Counted from the first letter of the stretch, positions 31,402 through 42,242 are shown. The stretch is 64,000 nt of DNA from Cyanobacteria bacterium auto_48_18 (GCA_036170915.1 JAVHQC010000004.1:37933-101932), one strand, 5' to 3'. The notes: a model not told the origin generated them from the sequence alone. Numbers and translations: made by a program.

Positions 31402-32739
31402 TTAAGCCTCGCGCCGGTCTAGGTCAATGTGCGCAACAGAATTTCCGTAACCATAAAGAACAGTTGTGAAAGTATCGCACCAGAGTTGGAGCGGATTGGC
31501 TTGCAATGATTGCTTTAGTTTTTTCGTGCGGCGGTAACGTTGAGCTTTTGGCATATTCAAACAGCGTAAGGTTGCTGCCGCCATTGCAGAAATATTTCCG
31601 GGCTCAAAGGTAATGGCATGCGGTGAGAATTCTTCGGCCACACCGGCTCCTGTGGAGAGGGCTAGAATACCGGGCCGCTCTTCTGTTTGGCAAGCAATGA
31701 ATTCCTTGGCCGTCAGATTTAAGCCATCCCGCACAGGGCTAACAAGCATCACTGTCGCTCTTCTATAAAGATAGGTCAGTTCATCGCTGTTCAGTGATTG
31801 CGTTATAGAAACAACTGGCTTCCAGCTGTTTGTGCCGTATTTCTGCTGCAGATAATCTATTTGTTCCTGGCAGTCTTTCCAATAATTGTCATAAGCTTTG
31901 ATACCAGGTCTGGTGCGCCCACAAATTTGCACAAAAGTTACTGCTTCGCGTAATTCCGGATTGCGCTCGAACAGCAGGTCGATAGCCTTAAGCCGGTCAA
32001 CCACACCTTTTGTATAGTCGGCGCGCTCTACAGATAGTACGAAAGGAGTTGTTTCTAGCTGCTCGGTGATACTGCAATGTTTTCCTTCATTGTGCTCAGT
32101 CCAGTGGTCAAGGTCGATTCCCAACGGAGCTGCTACAACTTCTGCCACAGGACCAAATGCGCGGGAGGTGCCGAAAAACGGCAGGTGTTGCTCAACAAAA
32201 TTATTGAAATTGTCCACGTACTCTTGAGTATGGAAACCGATGGCTTTGGCTGTGAGCATTGCCTGCGCCAGGTCAACAATGGGCGCGACGAATTCTTGGG
32301 GTACTGACTTCGGCCAGGGAATATGCCAGAAAATGGCTGAGTCGCGCCCTTGACGCTTGAGTAATTTGGGCAACAGGGCCAGTTGATAATCTTGCACGAA
32401 GTATGGGTCGTGACTCTGTTGTCTGCCAATTTGTGCTGCGAAAATTGCGTTGAAGCGGCTATATAAGAAGTAGTCTTCTTCTTTGTAAATGGCGTGTTCC
32501 GGTAAATCGTGCATGATCGGCCAAATGAATTCATTGCAAAACCGATAATGCGCATCGCATAGTTGCGATGGCATCTTTTCGCCGTTATACAGACGAACAG
32601 CGCTCTTTGACTGCGCTTTCACCTGGTCTTGATCCAGGTACCACCAAGACTGACTGCGTCCACCAGATTTACATAGACGATCCAGGGCTGTGGATACACC
32701 ACCAGACATCCCTGGTCCTCTGTACGAAACAATGTTCAT
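31402..32739 (-). CDS. otsA: Trehalose-6-phosphate synthase (GT20)
   Basis: SGG, WPIMH, VQDYQL, FWHIPWP, IGFH, ERADYTKG, RDGLNLTAKEF; otsB nearby. Confidence 0.88.
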   Translation of the reverse strand: MNIVSYRGPGMSGGVSTALDRLCKSGGRSQSWWYLDQDQVKAQSKSAVRLYNGEKMPSQLCDAHYRFCNEFIWPIMHDLPEHAIYKEEDYFLYSRFNAIFAAQIGRQQSHDPYFVQDYQLALLPKLLKRQGRDSAIFWHIPWPKSVPQEFVAPIVDLAQAMLTAKAIGFHTQEYVDNFNNFVEQHLPFFGTSRAFGPVAEVVAAPLGIDLDHWTEHNEGKHCSITEQLETTPFVLSVERADYTKGVVDRLKAIDLLFERNPELREAVTFVQICGRTRPGIKAYDNYWKDCQEQIDYLQQKYGTNSWKPVVSITQSLNSDELTYLYRRATVMLVSPVRDGLNLTAKEFIACQTEERPGILALSTGAGVAEEFSPHAITFEPGNISAMAAATLRCLNMPKAQRYRRTKKLKQSLQANPLQLWCDTFTTVLYGYGNSVAHIDLDRREA

Positions 32740-32775
32740 CTTTGAACTCCGTGTCTCTTCTGTTGCAACGCTTTT

Positions 32776-32800
32776 GACTACTGAGTCTCCATGAAGTTCC
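32776..32800 (-). promoter_or_regulatory. ECF-type promoter GGAAC-N17-GTC for otsA
   Basis: gac-N17-gttcc. Confidence 0.75.
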
Positions 32801-32834
32801 CGACCAGCTCCCTTCTTGGTTAGTGATTTAATCT

Positions 32835-32859
32835 GGAACTAATTGGCCGGCTTGCCGTC
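32835..32859 (+). promoter_or_regulatory. ECF-type promoter GGAAC-N17-GTC for the otsB unit
   Basis: ggaac taattggccggcttgcc gtc. Confidence 0.75.
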
Positions 32860-32895
32860 CGCTTCACCGTGCAATAAATGAATAGATGAGCCAAA

Positions 32896-33180
32896 GTGAG
32901 GCGAGCGAGAAACATGAAAAGCGAGATGCGGTCGCAAGGTTTAATTGTGTTCAGTGGTGCACTGATTTGTTCGCTGCTGATTCTGCTTCTATATATGGCT
33001 GCCCCTGGTCAGTTTTCGCAAATGCACCATACTACAGTAACTGAATTTTATTCCAACTCGGCACCACCCTCGATACCAAAATGGGCCAGCAGTCGAGCGG
33101 CACGGGGTGTGACCTTGATTCAGCCCGCCGTGGCGTCCGACGCTCCAGTGCTTACTAGTAACTCAGGTGCGAAGCAATAG
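32896..33180 (+). CDS. Small single-TM hypothetical protein
   Basis: One hydrophobic helix; lies between the promoter and otsB; start may be 32914. Confidence 0.55.
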   Translation: MRRARNMKSEMRSQGLIVFSGALICSLLILLLYMAAPGQFSQMHHTTVTEFYSNSAPPSIPKWASSRAARGVTLIQPAVASDAPVLTSNSGAKQ

Positions 33181-33225
33181 CAGTGGTGATTTTTAAAGCT
33201 AAATAGTAGTAATATCCATTGATAT

Positions 33226-34038
33226 ATGGACTCAGTTTATCCAATCTTTTGTGATGCCGCCCGGGTAGCCGGAGCATTTAGTTCGCCTCCTGCCTTAATC
33301 GGGCTTGACCGGGATGGTACCCTGGTACCTTACGCAGAGCGTCCTGAGGAAGCTGTGGTGGATGAGCCTTTGCGTCAATTGCTCAGAGACGTTTCTTTAA
33401 TAGAAGATACTTTCGTAGCGGTGGTCAGTGCACGCAGCCTGGCCCAGTTGAAACTTGATTTCGGCGGTATCGACAATATCATTCTGGCTGGCAACTACGG
33501 CATGGAAATTCTGTATCCTGATGGCGAGGCTATAATCAGTTCTGAGGCCACTTTGCTCAGGCCCCAGCTGCGGGCGGCTGTGCAGACAATTGCTCCGCTG
33601 GCAAACAAATTGACTAATTGTATTCTCGAAGATCATGGCCTCAGTGCGTGTTTGCATTTTCAACACTCACCCGATTATGAGCTACCTAAGGTTCATGCGG
33701 TGGCGGCTGATATTTCTACTCAGTTTGAATCTTTGCAAGTGCGGCGGCAACCCACCAGCTACGAATTTCTGCCCAAATTTTCTCACGGTAAAGGTGACGC
33801 TCTAGCAGCCATCGAAGCCGCTGTATTGGGTTTGGAGCACAGTCGGCCTGTGTTTTTCGCAGGCGACACTGAAGGTGATGAAAGCGCGTTTGCCTGGGTC
33901 AATGCTCGCTCTGGTGTCAGTGTCAAAGTTGGGAAACATGTTGAGCCGTCCTGTGCCCAGTTTCAATTGGCGGCTCCTCCCGATTTGCGCCAGGTTTTAG
34001 CTTTGATGCAGAAGCGATTTGCTGCTTCATCAAAATGA
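33226..34038 (+). CDS. otsB: Trehalose-6-phosphate phosphatase (HAD)
   Basis: LDRDGTL, VVSAR, GNYGME, KG, AGDTEGDESAF, VKVG. Confidence 0.9.
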   Translation: MDSVYPIFCDAARVAGAFSSPPALIGLDRDGTLVPYAERPEEAVVDEPLRQLLRDVSLIEDTFVAVVSARSLAQLKLDFGGIDNIILAGNYGMEILYPDGEAIISSEATLLRPQLRAAVQTIAPLANKLTNCILEDHGLSACLHFQHSPDYELPKVHAVAADISTQFESLQVRRQPTSYEFLPKFSHGKGDALAAIEAAVLGLEHSRPVFFAGDTEGDESAFAWVNARSGVSVKVGKHVEPSCAQFQLAAPPDLRQVLALMQKRFAASSK

Positions 34039-34069
34039 GAAATTGTTCATAAAATTGTTCTCAAAAAAG

Positions 34070-34094
34070 GGAACTTTTAGAAAGTGCCCTGGTC
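34070..34094 (+). promoter_or_regulatory. ECF-type promoter GGAAC-N17-GTC for the hybrid kinase
   Basis: ggaac ttttagaaagtgccctg gtc. Confidence 0.75.
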
Positions 34095-34245
34095 TTTCAA
34101 TGGCCGAGCTAGATGTCTGATGTCAACAGAAGCTTGGCAACGATTTAGACTTTCGCGCACTGTAATAGCAACGTTAATAGCTAGAGATCTATAGACCATT
34201 AATGACCAGAGATCGCCAAAATCGAATACGCAGACCCAAGGAGAT

Positions 34246-37200
34246 GTGACAATGGCCACCGCCACTACCGCCACCGCTGATAGTGCATTTCTTGTAGATG
34301 CTCGGCCGCTTTTAAAAGCGTTGAGGAGCATGAAACGAGGAGACTTCTCGGTGCGCATGCCACTTGATGGTATTGGCGTCGACGGAGAAATTGCAGAAGC
34401 GTTCAATGACGTTGTGGAGCTAAACGAGAGGCTGTTAAACGAGCTGCAGCGCATCGGCAATATTGTTGGTCGCGAGGGCAAAATCACTCACCGGGCGCAG
34501 TTAGGCGATGCCGCCGGTTCGTGGGCGAAAGCGATTACCGCGGTCAACACTTTAGTGGGTGACCTGGTGCGGCCAACCACCGAGGTGGCCCGAGTGATCG
34601 GTTCTGTAGCGAAAGGTGACCTCAGTCAGACAATGGCGCTTGAGATGGAGGGTGGTCCGCTCAAGGGTGAATTTTTACGCACAGCAAAAACCATTAACAC
34701 CATGGTTGAGCAGCTCAGTTCGTTTGCATCAGAAGTAACACGGGTGGCTCGCGAAGTAGGTACGGAAGGAAAGCTCGGTGGTCAGGCGCAAGTAAAAGGT
34801 GTGTCTGGTACCTGGAAAGATTTGACAGACTCAGTTAACTCGATGGCATCCAACCTTACAGCTCAGGTGCGAAATATTGCAGAAGTGACGACGGCTGTGG
34901 CGACTGGTGACCTGTCTAAGAAAATTACTGTAGATGTTAAAGGCGAAATTTTAGAACTGAAAAATACGATCAACACCATGGTTGACCAGCTCGGATCGTT
35001 CGCCTCAGAAGTAACCCGGGTAGCCCGTGAAGTAGGTACGGAAGGGAAGCTCGGAGGTCAGGCGCAAGTAAAAGGCGTCTCTGGTACGTGGAAAGATTTG
35101 ACCGATAACGTCAATTCGATGGCGGGCAACCTGACAGCCCAGGTGCGGAATATTGCTGATGTGACCACAGCTGTAGCCAACGGTGACCTCGGTAAGAAAA
35201 TTACGGTAGACGTAAAGGGCGAAATTCTCGAGCTGAAAATTACAATCAACACCATGGTTGACCAGCTCGGATCCTTCGCCTCAGAAGTAACTCGCGTAGC
35301 AAGAGAGGTTGGTACTGACGGGAAACTCGGTGGTCAGGCAAACGTAAAAGGCGTGGCTGGTACCTGGAAGGATTTAACAGACTCGGTAAATTACATGGCC
35401 TCAAACCTGACATCACAGGTAAGAAACATCGCCGAAGTAACGACAGCGGTGGCCAACGGCGATCTGTCTAAGAAGATTACGGTAGACGTAAAAGGCGAAA
35501 TTTCGGAGCTGAAAAATACAATCAATACCATGGTTGATCAGCTTAGTTCCTTTGCATCAGAAGTAACGCGCGTGGCCCGTGAAGTAGGTACGGAAGGGAA
35601 TCTTGGAGGTCAGGCGCAAGTAAAAGGCGTCTCTGGCACGTGGAAAGACTTAACCGATAACGTAAATTCAATGGCCGGTAATCTTACTGACCAGGTGCGA
35701 AACATCGCAGATGTGACCACGGCTGTTGCTCGAGGTGACCTTTCTAAGAAGATTACGGTAGACGTTAAAGGCGAGATCCTAGAGCTGAAAAATACGATCA
35801 ACACAATGGTGGATCAGCTCAGCTCATTTGCAGCTGAAGTCACCCGCGTAGCAAGAGAGGTTGGAAGCGAAGGGAAACTAGGTGGTCAAGCTTATGTAAA
35901 AGGTGTTTCCGGTACGTGGAAGGACTTAACCGATAACGTCAACTCGATGGCCGGAAACCTCACAGGTCAGGTGCGAAACATTGCTGAGGTGACGACGGCT
36001 GTTGCTAACGGCGATCTTTCGAAGAAAATTACAGTAGACGTTAAAGGCGAAATCTTAGAGCTGAAAAATACGATCAACACCATGGTTGACCAGCTCAGTT
36101 CATTCGCATCAGAAGTAACCCGGGTGGCCCGCGAAGTAGGTACTGAAGGAAAGCTCGGTGGACAGGCGCAAGTGATTGGTGTCGGCGGTATTTGGAAAGA
36201 CCTTACCGATAACGTGAACTTCATGGCCGGCAACCTGACAGGACAGGTGCGTGGTATCGCGGTGGTTGTTACGGCGGTAGCCAATGGCGATCTCAATCGC
36301 AAACTGGTCTTGCAAGCGAAAGGTGAAATAGCGGCGCTGTCTGACACCATTAACGAGATGATCGACACACTGGCCACATTCGCCGACCAGGTGACTACGG
36401 TGGCCAGAGAAGTAGGGGTGGAAGGTAAGTTGGGAGGCCAGGCGAAGGTGCCTGGTGCGGCCGGAACGTGGAGAGACTTAACCGACAACGTAAACCAGCT
36501 GGCTGCCAACTTAACTACTCAGGTACGAGCCATCGCCGACGTAGCAACAGCGGTGACAAAAGGCGACTTGACGCGAACAATTTCGGTTGAAGCTTTAGGC
36601 GAAGTTGCGGCGCTCAAAGACAACATCAACGAGATGATTTTCAACCTCAAAGATACGACGCGTAAAAACACTGAGCAAGACTGGCTCAAGACCAACCTCA
36701 CCAAGTTCACTCGAATGCTGCAAGGCCAAAGAGATTTGCTCACTGTAGCAAATTTGATTTTGTCTGAGGTATCACCCCTGGTGCAGGCACAACACGGTGT
36801 GTTCTATATATGTGATGGTGAAGCTGGCGATGAGACTCTAAAGCTGATAGGCAGTTACGCCTATCAGACTCGCAAGAATTTGGGCGATCGTTTCCGCTTA
36901 GGTGAAAGTTTGGTTGGCCAATGCGCGCTTGAGAAACAAAGAATACTGGTTCAACAGGTGCCCGCAGATTATGTGCGCATCACCTCCGGCCTTGGTGAGT
37001 GCACACCACGCAACATCATTGTGTTGCCGGTGCTCTTTGAAGGTCAGGTGCGAGCTGTAATTGAATTGGCTTCAATGCAGGACTTTAACGACACTCACTT
37101 AAACCTGCTTGATCAGTTGACTGAATCTATTGGTATCGTGCTTAACACCATTGAAGCCAACACTCGCACAGAGAACCTTCTCAAACAATCACAATCACTG

Positions 37201-39477
37201 GCCCACGAATTGCAAAGTCAGCAGCAAGAACTTACCGAAACCAACAGAAGATTGGAGCAACAAGCCAATACTCTGCGGGAGTCAGAAGTCTTGCTTACTC
37301 AGCAACAAGAAAAATTGCGTCAGACCAACCAGCAGTTGCAAGAAAAAGCAGAGCTCTTGGCTATACAAAACAAAGAGGTGGAGCAAAACAATCGCGAAAT
37401 TGAAACCGCGAGAATATCAGTGGAAGAAAAAGCTAAGCAATTGGCTCTTACTTCAAAATATAAATCTGAGTTCCTCGCCAATATGTCTCACGAATTGAGA
37501 ACTCCGTTAAACAGTTTGCTCATTCTCTCTAGATTGCTGGCTGAAAACGACGAAGGCAACTTGACTGCAGATCAAGTTGAGTACGCTGAAACCGTTCACG
37601 CTGCCGGCTCAGAACTGCTTCTGCTCATCAACGACATTCTTGACCTGTCGAAAATTGAGTCTGGAAACATGACTCTTGACCTAGGCGAGATGTTGCTTAC
37701 TGATATCAAAGAAGACATGGAACGAGGCTTCAAGCACGTGGCAGAGAATAAAAATCTCTCCTTTGCCGTTGAACTCGAACCCGGTTTGCCGGTTTCTCTA
37801 TACACTGACGGCAAGCGACTGAGTCAGATTTTGAAAAATCTGCTTTCTAACGCTTTCAAGTTTACTGAACATGGTGGCGTTACTTTGACGCTGAAACCCA
37901 GTAGCGGACGCGAGCTGGCCTTCGTTGTCACTGATACCGGAATCGGTATCAGCAAAGACAAACAGCAACTGATATTTGAAGCCTTCCAGCAGGCGGATGG
38001 CACCACCAGCCGCAAGTATGGCGGCACCGGTCTTGGCCTGGCCATCAGTCGTGAAATTGCCGCTTTACTGGGCGGCCGTTTAATTGTTGACAGTGCACCA
38101 GGTGAAGGCAGTTCATTCACTTTCTTCATTCCGCTTTCTCGCTCACTGGTTCCTCCTGAAGAAATCGTCAGAGAGGATTACGAACAGCGCCGTCGGTCAG
38201 TGCTTGAGCGGCAGGTGGGAAGGATGTCGGCGGTAGAAGATACCTTAACTGACGATCGCACATCTATTAATCCTGGCGATAAAGTGGTTTTGATTATTGA
38301 AGATGATTTGCAATTTGCAAAACTCTTGAGTCAACTGGCGTCGGTACAGAATCTGAAAACCATCACCACCGCCCATGGTGAGGAAGGTGTGCTATTAGCC
38401 AGTCAATATAAACCGCTGGCGATAACGCTTGATTTGCATCTACTGGACGGTTCAGGCTGGACGGTACTTGATCAGCTTAAGCACAATCTGGCCACTAAAA
38501 ATATTCCGGTGCATTTGATTTCGGTTGATCCCGAAGACAAACGAGCTTTGCGCCTTGGCGCCCAGAGCTTCATTCAAAAGCCTGTCACTAGAGAAATTCT
38601 GGAATCCATGCTGGCTACCATTTCTGATAAGCAAACGCAAGTTGATAAGCATGTTTTGATCGTAGATCCAGACCCTGAACATCAGCGTTCGCTTTTAGAG
38701 ATGCTCGGCTCCACAAAAGATGTGTCTATACATAGTGCTGCTACCGCAGCTGAAGCGCTGGATAAAATAAAATCGGAGCCCATTGATTATGTAGTAACTT
38801 CTTTGTCTTTGCCTGATATGTCGGGCTTTGAATTCATCAAAGAAACACGTAAATCACGGCCACTACCCATAGTGGTCCATAGCCCTGAGCAGCTCACCGA
38901 GGAACAGGCTAGTGAGTTGAGAAGTCTCCACAGCCAAGACGCTCTAGAAGCGGTGCTGACTATGGATCAAGTCTGCCAGACTTTACTGCGCAACTTGCAG
39001 ATTCAAACAAATGGCTCAGGCAATGGCGGCTCCAGCGCTACCGCTGCAAAAGCTATGCCCCAATCGGCCAGCGGACGCAGTGCTGTTGTCTACGATAATA
39101 CGCTGTCTAATCGCACTATATTGATTGTGGACGACGATCCGCGCAATATCATGGCGATGAAATCAATGTTGGCCAAGCAAAATTTGAAGATTTTGCATGC
39201 TGAAGACGGCCGCAAAGGCATTGAGATGCTCGAGGCCAATCCTGATGTGGAATGTGTCTTGATGGATATCATGATGCCTAATTTGAACGGCTATGAGGCC
39301 ATGAGAGAGATTCGCCGTAAAGACAAGTTTGTCAATTTGCCCATTATTGCTTTGACTGCTAAAGCAATGAAAGGCGACCGGGAAAAATGTCTTGATGCCG
39401 GTGCATCTGACTACATTGCTAAGCCCGTGGATTACGATCGCTTACTCTCGCTCTTGAGAGTCTGGCTATACAAATAA
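34246..39477 (+). CDS. Soluble poly-HAMP/GAF hybrid histidine kinase with three receiver domains
   Basis: About seven 92-aa HAMP repeats, [23 protein letters not shown], three REC domains (last has MDIMMP). Confidence 0.93.
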   Translation: MTMATATTATADSAFLVDARPLLKALRSMKRGDFSVRMPLDGIGVDGEIAEAFNDVVELNERLLNELQRIGNIVGREGKITHRAQLGDAAGSWAKAITAVNTLVGDLVRPTTEVARVIGSVAKGDLSQTMALEMEGGPLKGEFLRTAKTINTMVEQLSSFASEVTRVAREVGTEGKLGGQAQVKGVSGTWKDLTDSVNSMASNLTAQVRNIAEVTTAVATGDLSKKITVDVKGEILELKNTINTMVDQLGSFASEVTRVAREVGTEGKLGGQAQVKGVSGTWKDLTDNVNSMAGNLTAQVRNIADVTTAVANGDLGKKITVDVKGEILELKITINTMVDQLGSFASEVTRVAREVGTDGKLGGQANVKGVAGTWKDLTDSVNYMASNLTSQVRNIAEVTTAVANGDLSKKITVDVKGEISELKNTINTMVDQLSSFASEVTRVAREVGTEGNLGGQAQVKGVSGTWKDLTDNVNSMAGNLTDQVRNIADVTTAVARGDLSKKITVDVKGEILELKNTINTMVDQLSSFAAEVTRVAREVGSEGKLGGQAYVKGVSGTWKDLTDNVNSMAGNLTGQVRNIAEVTTAVANGDLSKKITVDVKGEILELKNTINTMVDQLSSFASEVTRVAREVGTEGKLGGQAQVIGVGGIWKDLTDNVNFMAGNLTGQVRGIAVVVTAVANGDLNRKLVLQAKGEIAALSDTINEMIDTLATFADQVTTVAREVGVEGKLGGQAKVPGAAGTWRDLTDNVNQLAANLTTQVRAIADVATAVTKGDLTRTISVEALGEVAALKDNINEMIFNLKDTTRKNTEQDWLKTNLTKFTRMLQGQRDLLTVANLILSEVSPLVQAQHGVFYICDGEAGDETLKLIGSYAYQTRKNLGDRFRLGESLVGQCALEKQRILVQQVPADYVRITSGLGECTPRNIIVLPVLFEGQVRAVIELASMQDFNDTHLNLLDQLTESIGIVLNTIEANTRTENLLKQSQSLAHELQSQQQELTETNRRLEQQANTLRESEVLLTQQQEKLRQTNQQLQEKAELLAIQNKEVEQNNREIETARISVEEKAKQLALTSKYKSEFLANMSHELRTPLNSLLILSRLLAENDEGNLTADQVEYAETVHAAGSELLLLINDILDLSKIESGNMTLDLGEMLLTDIKEDMERGFKHVAENKNLSFAVELEPGLPVSLYTDGKRLSQILKNLLSNAFKFTEHGGVTLTLKPSSGRELAFVVTDTGIGISKDKQQLIFEAFQQADGTTSRKYGGTGLGLAISREIAALLGGRLIVDSAPGEGSSFTFFIPLSRSLVPPEEIVREDYEQRRRSVLERQVGRMSAVEDTLTDDRTSINPGDKVVLIIEDDLQFAKLLSQLASVQNLKTITTAHGEEGVLLASQYKPLAITLDLHLLDGSGWTVLDQLKHNLATKNIPVHLISVDPEDKRALRLGAQSFIQKPVTREILESMLATISDKQTQVDKHVLIVDPDPEHQRSLLEMLGSTKDVSIHSAATAAEALDKIKSEPIDYVVTSLSLPDMSGFEFIKETRKSRPLPIVVHSPEQLTEEQASELRSLHSQDALEAVLTMDQVCQTLLRNLQIQTNGSGNGGSSATAAKAMPQSASGRSAVVYDNTLSNRTILIVDDDPRNIMAMKSMLAKQNLKILHAEDGRKGIEMLEANPDVECVLMDIMMPNLNGYEAMREIRRKDKFVNLPIIALTAKAMKGDREKCLDAGASDYIAKPVDYDRLLSLLRVWLYK
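34711..36640 (+). repeat. In-frame 276-bp tandem repeats encoding poly-HAMP
   Basis: Units start near 34711, 34987, 35263, 35539, 35815, 36091 and 36367. Confidence 0.9.
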
Positions 39478-39480
39478 ATG

Positions 39481-39505
39481 GGAACCGGCAGGTTCATTTT
39501 GCGTC
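39481..39505 (+). promoter_or_regulatory. ECF-type promoter GGAAC-N17-GTC
   Basis: ggaac cggcaggttcattttgc gtc. Confidence 0.75.
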
Positions 39506-39553
39506 AAATCATCCGTGAAGTTCCAAAAAAGCTTTGAAGGAGACGAAGAGACA

Positions 39554-39766
39554 ATGAACATGCAACAAGTCGGAAGTGACGACAAAAATTCTGATAATAG
39601 CTGTCCATTGAAATTGCTAATTGGCGGCGCTGCTTCGGTGGCTGAAATCAACGTTATAGAATTTCCTGCTGCCAACGTGATTGAATTTACAGAATTGGAA
39701 AGTGAAGCTCGTTGTCAGAACGGCGTCTGTAGCTTGAACTGGAAGCCCAAACGCAACGTTGCTTAA
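39554..39766 (+). CDS. Small Cys-containing hypothetical protein
   Basis: GAAGGAG RBS; C-terminal CQNGVCSLNWKP; own promoter and downstream hairpin. Confidence 0.7.
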   Translation: MNMQQVGSDDKNSDNSCPLKLLIGGAASVAEINVIEFPAANVIEFTELESEARCQNGVCSLNWKPKRNVA

Positions 39767-39789
39767 TTCTTGAAATCGTCAGTTGTAGA

Positions 39790-39816
39790 AGTGCGGTTTG
39801 CCAGGCAAACCGCACT
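39790..39816 (+). terminator. Hairpin / possible terminator
   Basis: AGTGCGGTTTGC-cag-GCAAACCGCACT. Confidence 0.6.
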
Positions 39817-39992
39817 CTGTCTTAGTTTTAGTATTTCGTCAGTGTCGAGAAAAATGTTTGGTAACCGATGGAACTTTGTGATAAGTTATCTTTTCCTTCT
39901 ATACTAAGCTTGATTGAGAAGGCCTTTCCACAGTATTTCGGTGCTGTTTAAGATTTACAGAAGCAGATTTTTTAGTTACAAGGACCACAGCA

Positions 39993-40823
39993 ATGAATAC
40001 AGCTGAAGAGATTCATACGCCGGAAAGACCACTAGTGCTGCTGGTTGAAGACAATTTGCTCAACCAAAAAGTAGCCGCTATCTTGTTGCAAAGACTGGGT
40101 TTAACGGTGCAAATTGCCAACAATGGCAAGGAAGCCCTGGATGCCGTTGCCGAAGACAAATTTGCCTTGATCTTGATGGACTGCCACATGCCTGAAATGG
40201 ATGGCTTTGAAGCAGCCGTGGGCATTAGAAAGCTGGAAGCTCTTTCAGGAACCTATACTCCAATCATCGCTGTCACGGCTCTGGCTATGGGCGGAGACCG
40301 TGAGCGTTGTATCGCTGCCGGCATGGATGATTACATCTCTAAGCCCATTGACAAGGATCTTCTCAAACTCAAGATCAATCACTGGTTGCGAACTGACGTG
40401 GTGTACGAAAGCCATAAATTGCGTCGCAAGTATTTACGTCCAAACTCGACTTTGACTCTTGTAGACGGCAAACCAATCGATCTGGACGAGCTGGAAGAAT
40501 TCTACGGCGCTGAGCAGATGAATCAGATGATGAGCATGTTCATTGCCGACACTGACGATATGCTCAAGCGCATTCGCCCCCAAATGTTTGAACGCCATGC
40601 GCGTGGAATTGCCGGATTGGCCCACGAAGTTAAAGCCTCATGTGCTTCCATTGGCGCTAAGCAGCTGGCTCGCCTTTGCCTCTATCTAGAACAGGCTGTC
40701 GGCCAGCAGGATTGGATTGAGGCTGAACAAACCTTGACCTCACTCGAGCGCTCTTTTGAGAGCTTGAAAAATTACGTTGAAGGTCAGATTCAAGAACAGT
40801 CGCCAATTTCGCATAATAGCTAA
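39993..40823 (+). CDS. Receiver + Hpt phosphorelay protein
   Basis: VEDN, MDCHMPEMDG, YISKP; Hpt motif AHEVKASCASIGA. Confidence 0.9.
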   Translation: MNTAEEIHTPERPLVLLVEDNLLNQKVAAILLQRLGLTVQIANNGKEALDAVAEDKFALILMDCHMPEMDGFEAAVGIRKLEALSGTYTPIIAVTALAMGGDRERCIAAGMDDYISKPIDKDLLKLKINHWLRTDVVYESHKLRRKYLRPNSTLTLVDGKPIDLDELEEFYGAEQMNQMMSMFIADTDDMLKRIRPQMFERHARGIAGLAHEVKASCASIGAKQLARLCLYLEQAVGQQDWIEAEQTLTSLERSFESLKNYVEGQIQEQSPISHNS

Positions 40824-41389
40824 GTTAGGGTAACTAGACCTATTTAGAGTTCTAAGCCTATCTTCTATATATAGGTAGGTTTGAGCGCGATCAGTTTTGT
40901 CTGTTCGGCAAATAGTGTGCAATCGTGTTGACGTCAAGTCACAAGTGACTGTTTTTCGCTCTGCATTCAACCTACACTCAGCCCTGCCAAGATGAGCGCT
41001 CGAATTGTTGAAATTCAGCCGAGTTCGTCAAAATGCCCGCAGGTTCAGGCTGTTAGTGATAATTGTGTAGCTGTTACGCTACACCGCAAAAGTTCCCAGT
41101 TGAGCTCGGAAATTACAACTATTATGGAAAACCCCTAGTGGTGCCCCTTTAATTATTGTGTAGATATTGTAATAAGTCGCTACAGGACTGCTTTGTGCTC
41201 GATAACTGCGAGTGGAATCAAAAAGTTTGCCTTAGGGGTTTTTCCAATTGTGTTGGTAAGTGGCTTCTGCAAGAATAGCAATATCGACAAATCGAACGCG
41301 GTGTTCTAACTAAACAAATCGAGTGACGTGCAGGCTGCACGTCTAGCTGACGCCTGCGATTAATACCTTTTCTCTGGGAGATTAGATAA

Positions 41390-42049
41390 ATGAATTCTCT
41401 GTCTATCGTCAAAAAGTCTGCTCCTGTCCTGCGTGTTGTAGAGCAACCTAAAAATTATGCAGATATGACAGATGCTGAACTTGTAATTGCCTGCCAACAA
41501 AACGACCAGCAAGCTATGACAACACTTCTTGCTCGTCATGAAAGAACTGTAATTGCCATGTTCTATAAACTCGCTCCAGACTGGAGAGATAACTCCGACA
41601 TGGTTCAAGAAGCAATGATTCGCATGTGGCGCTCAGTGCCTAAGTTGAAAAATCCCTACGCTTTTAAAACCTGGTTGAATCAGATCGTGAACAACCTCTT
41701 TTATGATGAATTGCGCAAACGTCCTCGTGACACTCAGTTCGTTTCACTCGATGAAAGATTGACTTCAGATACTGGATCCGACATGGGTACACGCGAAATT
41801 GCCGCAACTGCTCCACAGCCAGAAGACAGACTGCTCACAAACGAATTGTCTGATGTTCTTGAAAAAGCAATGGCAAAAATGCCTGCTCGTTTCCGCAAAG
41901 TAGCAATGCTGCGTGATGTAGAAGGTTATTCGTACGAGCAAATCGCTCAAATAACTGACACTGAGCTTGGTACTGTTAAATCACGTATCGCTCGCGCTAG
42001 AGCAAAAATGCAACGTACCATCAATGTGTATTTGCAAGACGCTGCTTAG
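41390..42049 (+). CDS. ECF sigma factor, cyanobacterial SigG/RpoE-like
   Basis: LAPDWRDNSDMVQE, FKTWLNQIVNNLFYDELRKR, region 4 YSYEQIAQIT..LGTVKSRIARAR; GGGAG RBS. Confidence 0.93.
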   Translation: MNSLSIVKKSAPVLRVVEQPKNYADMTDAELVIACQQNDQQAMTTLLARHERTVIAMFYKLAPDWRDNSDMVQEAMIRMWRSVPKLKNPYAFKTWLNQIVNNLFYDELRKRPRDTQFVSLDERLTSDTGSDMGTREIAATAPQPEDRLLTNELSDVLEKAMAKMPARFRKVAMLRDVEGYSYEQIAQITDTELGTVKSRIARARAKMQRTINVYLQDAA

Positions 42050-42070
42050 TTCGAACAATCTGTAGTCTTG

Positions 42071-42104
42071 AGGCCCTCCGATTTTCGGAGGGCCTTTTTC
42101 TTTT
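42071..42104 (+). terminator. Intrinsic terminator directly after the ECF sigma gene
   Basis: AGGCCCTCCG-attt(t)-CGGAGGGCCT followed by a T tract. Confidence 0.85.
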
Positions 42105-42189
42105 CTTGGTCACAGTTGGTCATTGGTTAACAGCCGTTCGCTCTCACCAGGAAAGCCTCTTGGTCGTGCGACTTCCTATAAATTGGATT

Positions 42190-42242
42190 CTAGATTGATA
42201 TCAATCTAGTTTTTGCTTTTGAACCAGATTGATATCAATCTG
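42190..42242. repeat. Tandem pair of 16-bp palindromes AGATTGATATCAATCT, copy 3
   Basis: Cores at 42192-42207 and 42226-42241. Confidence 0.95.

Noticed and set aside
34711..36640. Regular long repeats as a CRISPR array or assembly duplication
   Set aside because: In-frame 276-bp units with synonymous divergence that encode HAMP domains; no repeat-spacer structure
39870..39894. GGAACT upstream of the REC-Hpt gene as a regulon promoter
   Set aside because: No GTC at 17 or 18 nt spacing; the same holds for GTTCC at 21850, 39520 and 41092
20040..42242. Palindrome pairs as CRISPR mini-arrays, FNR boxes or canonical parS
   Set aside because: 16-bp cores with only 17-18 nt between them and no cas genes; FNR needs TTGAT-N4-ATCAA (here N0); sequence differs from parS TGTTTCACGTGAAACA
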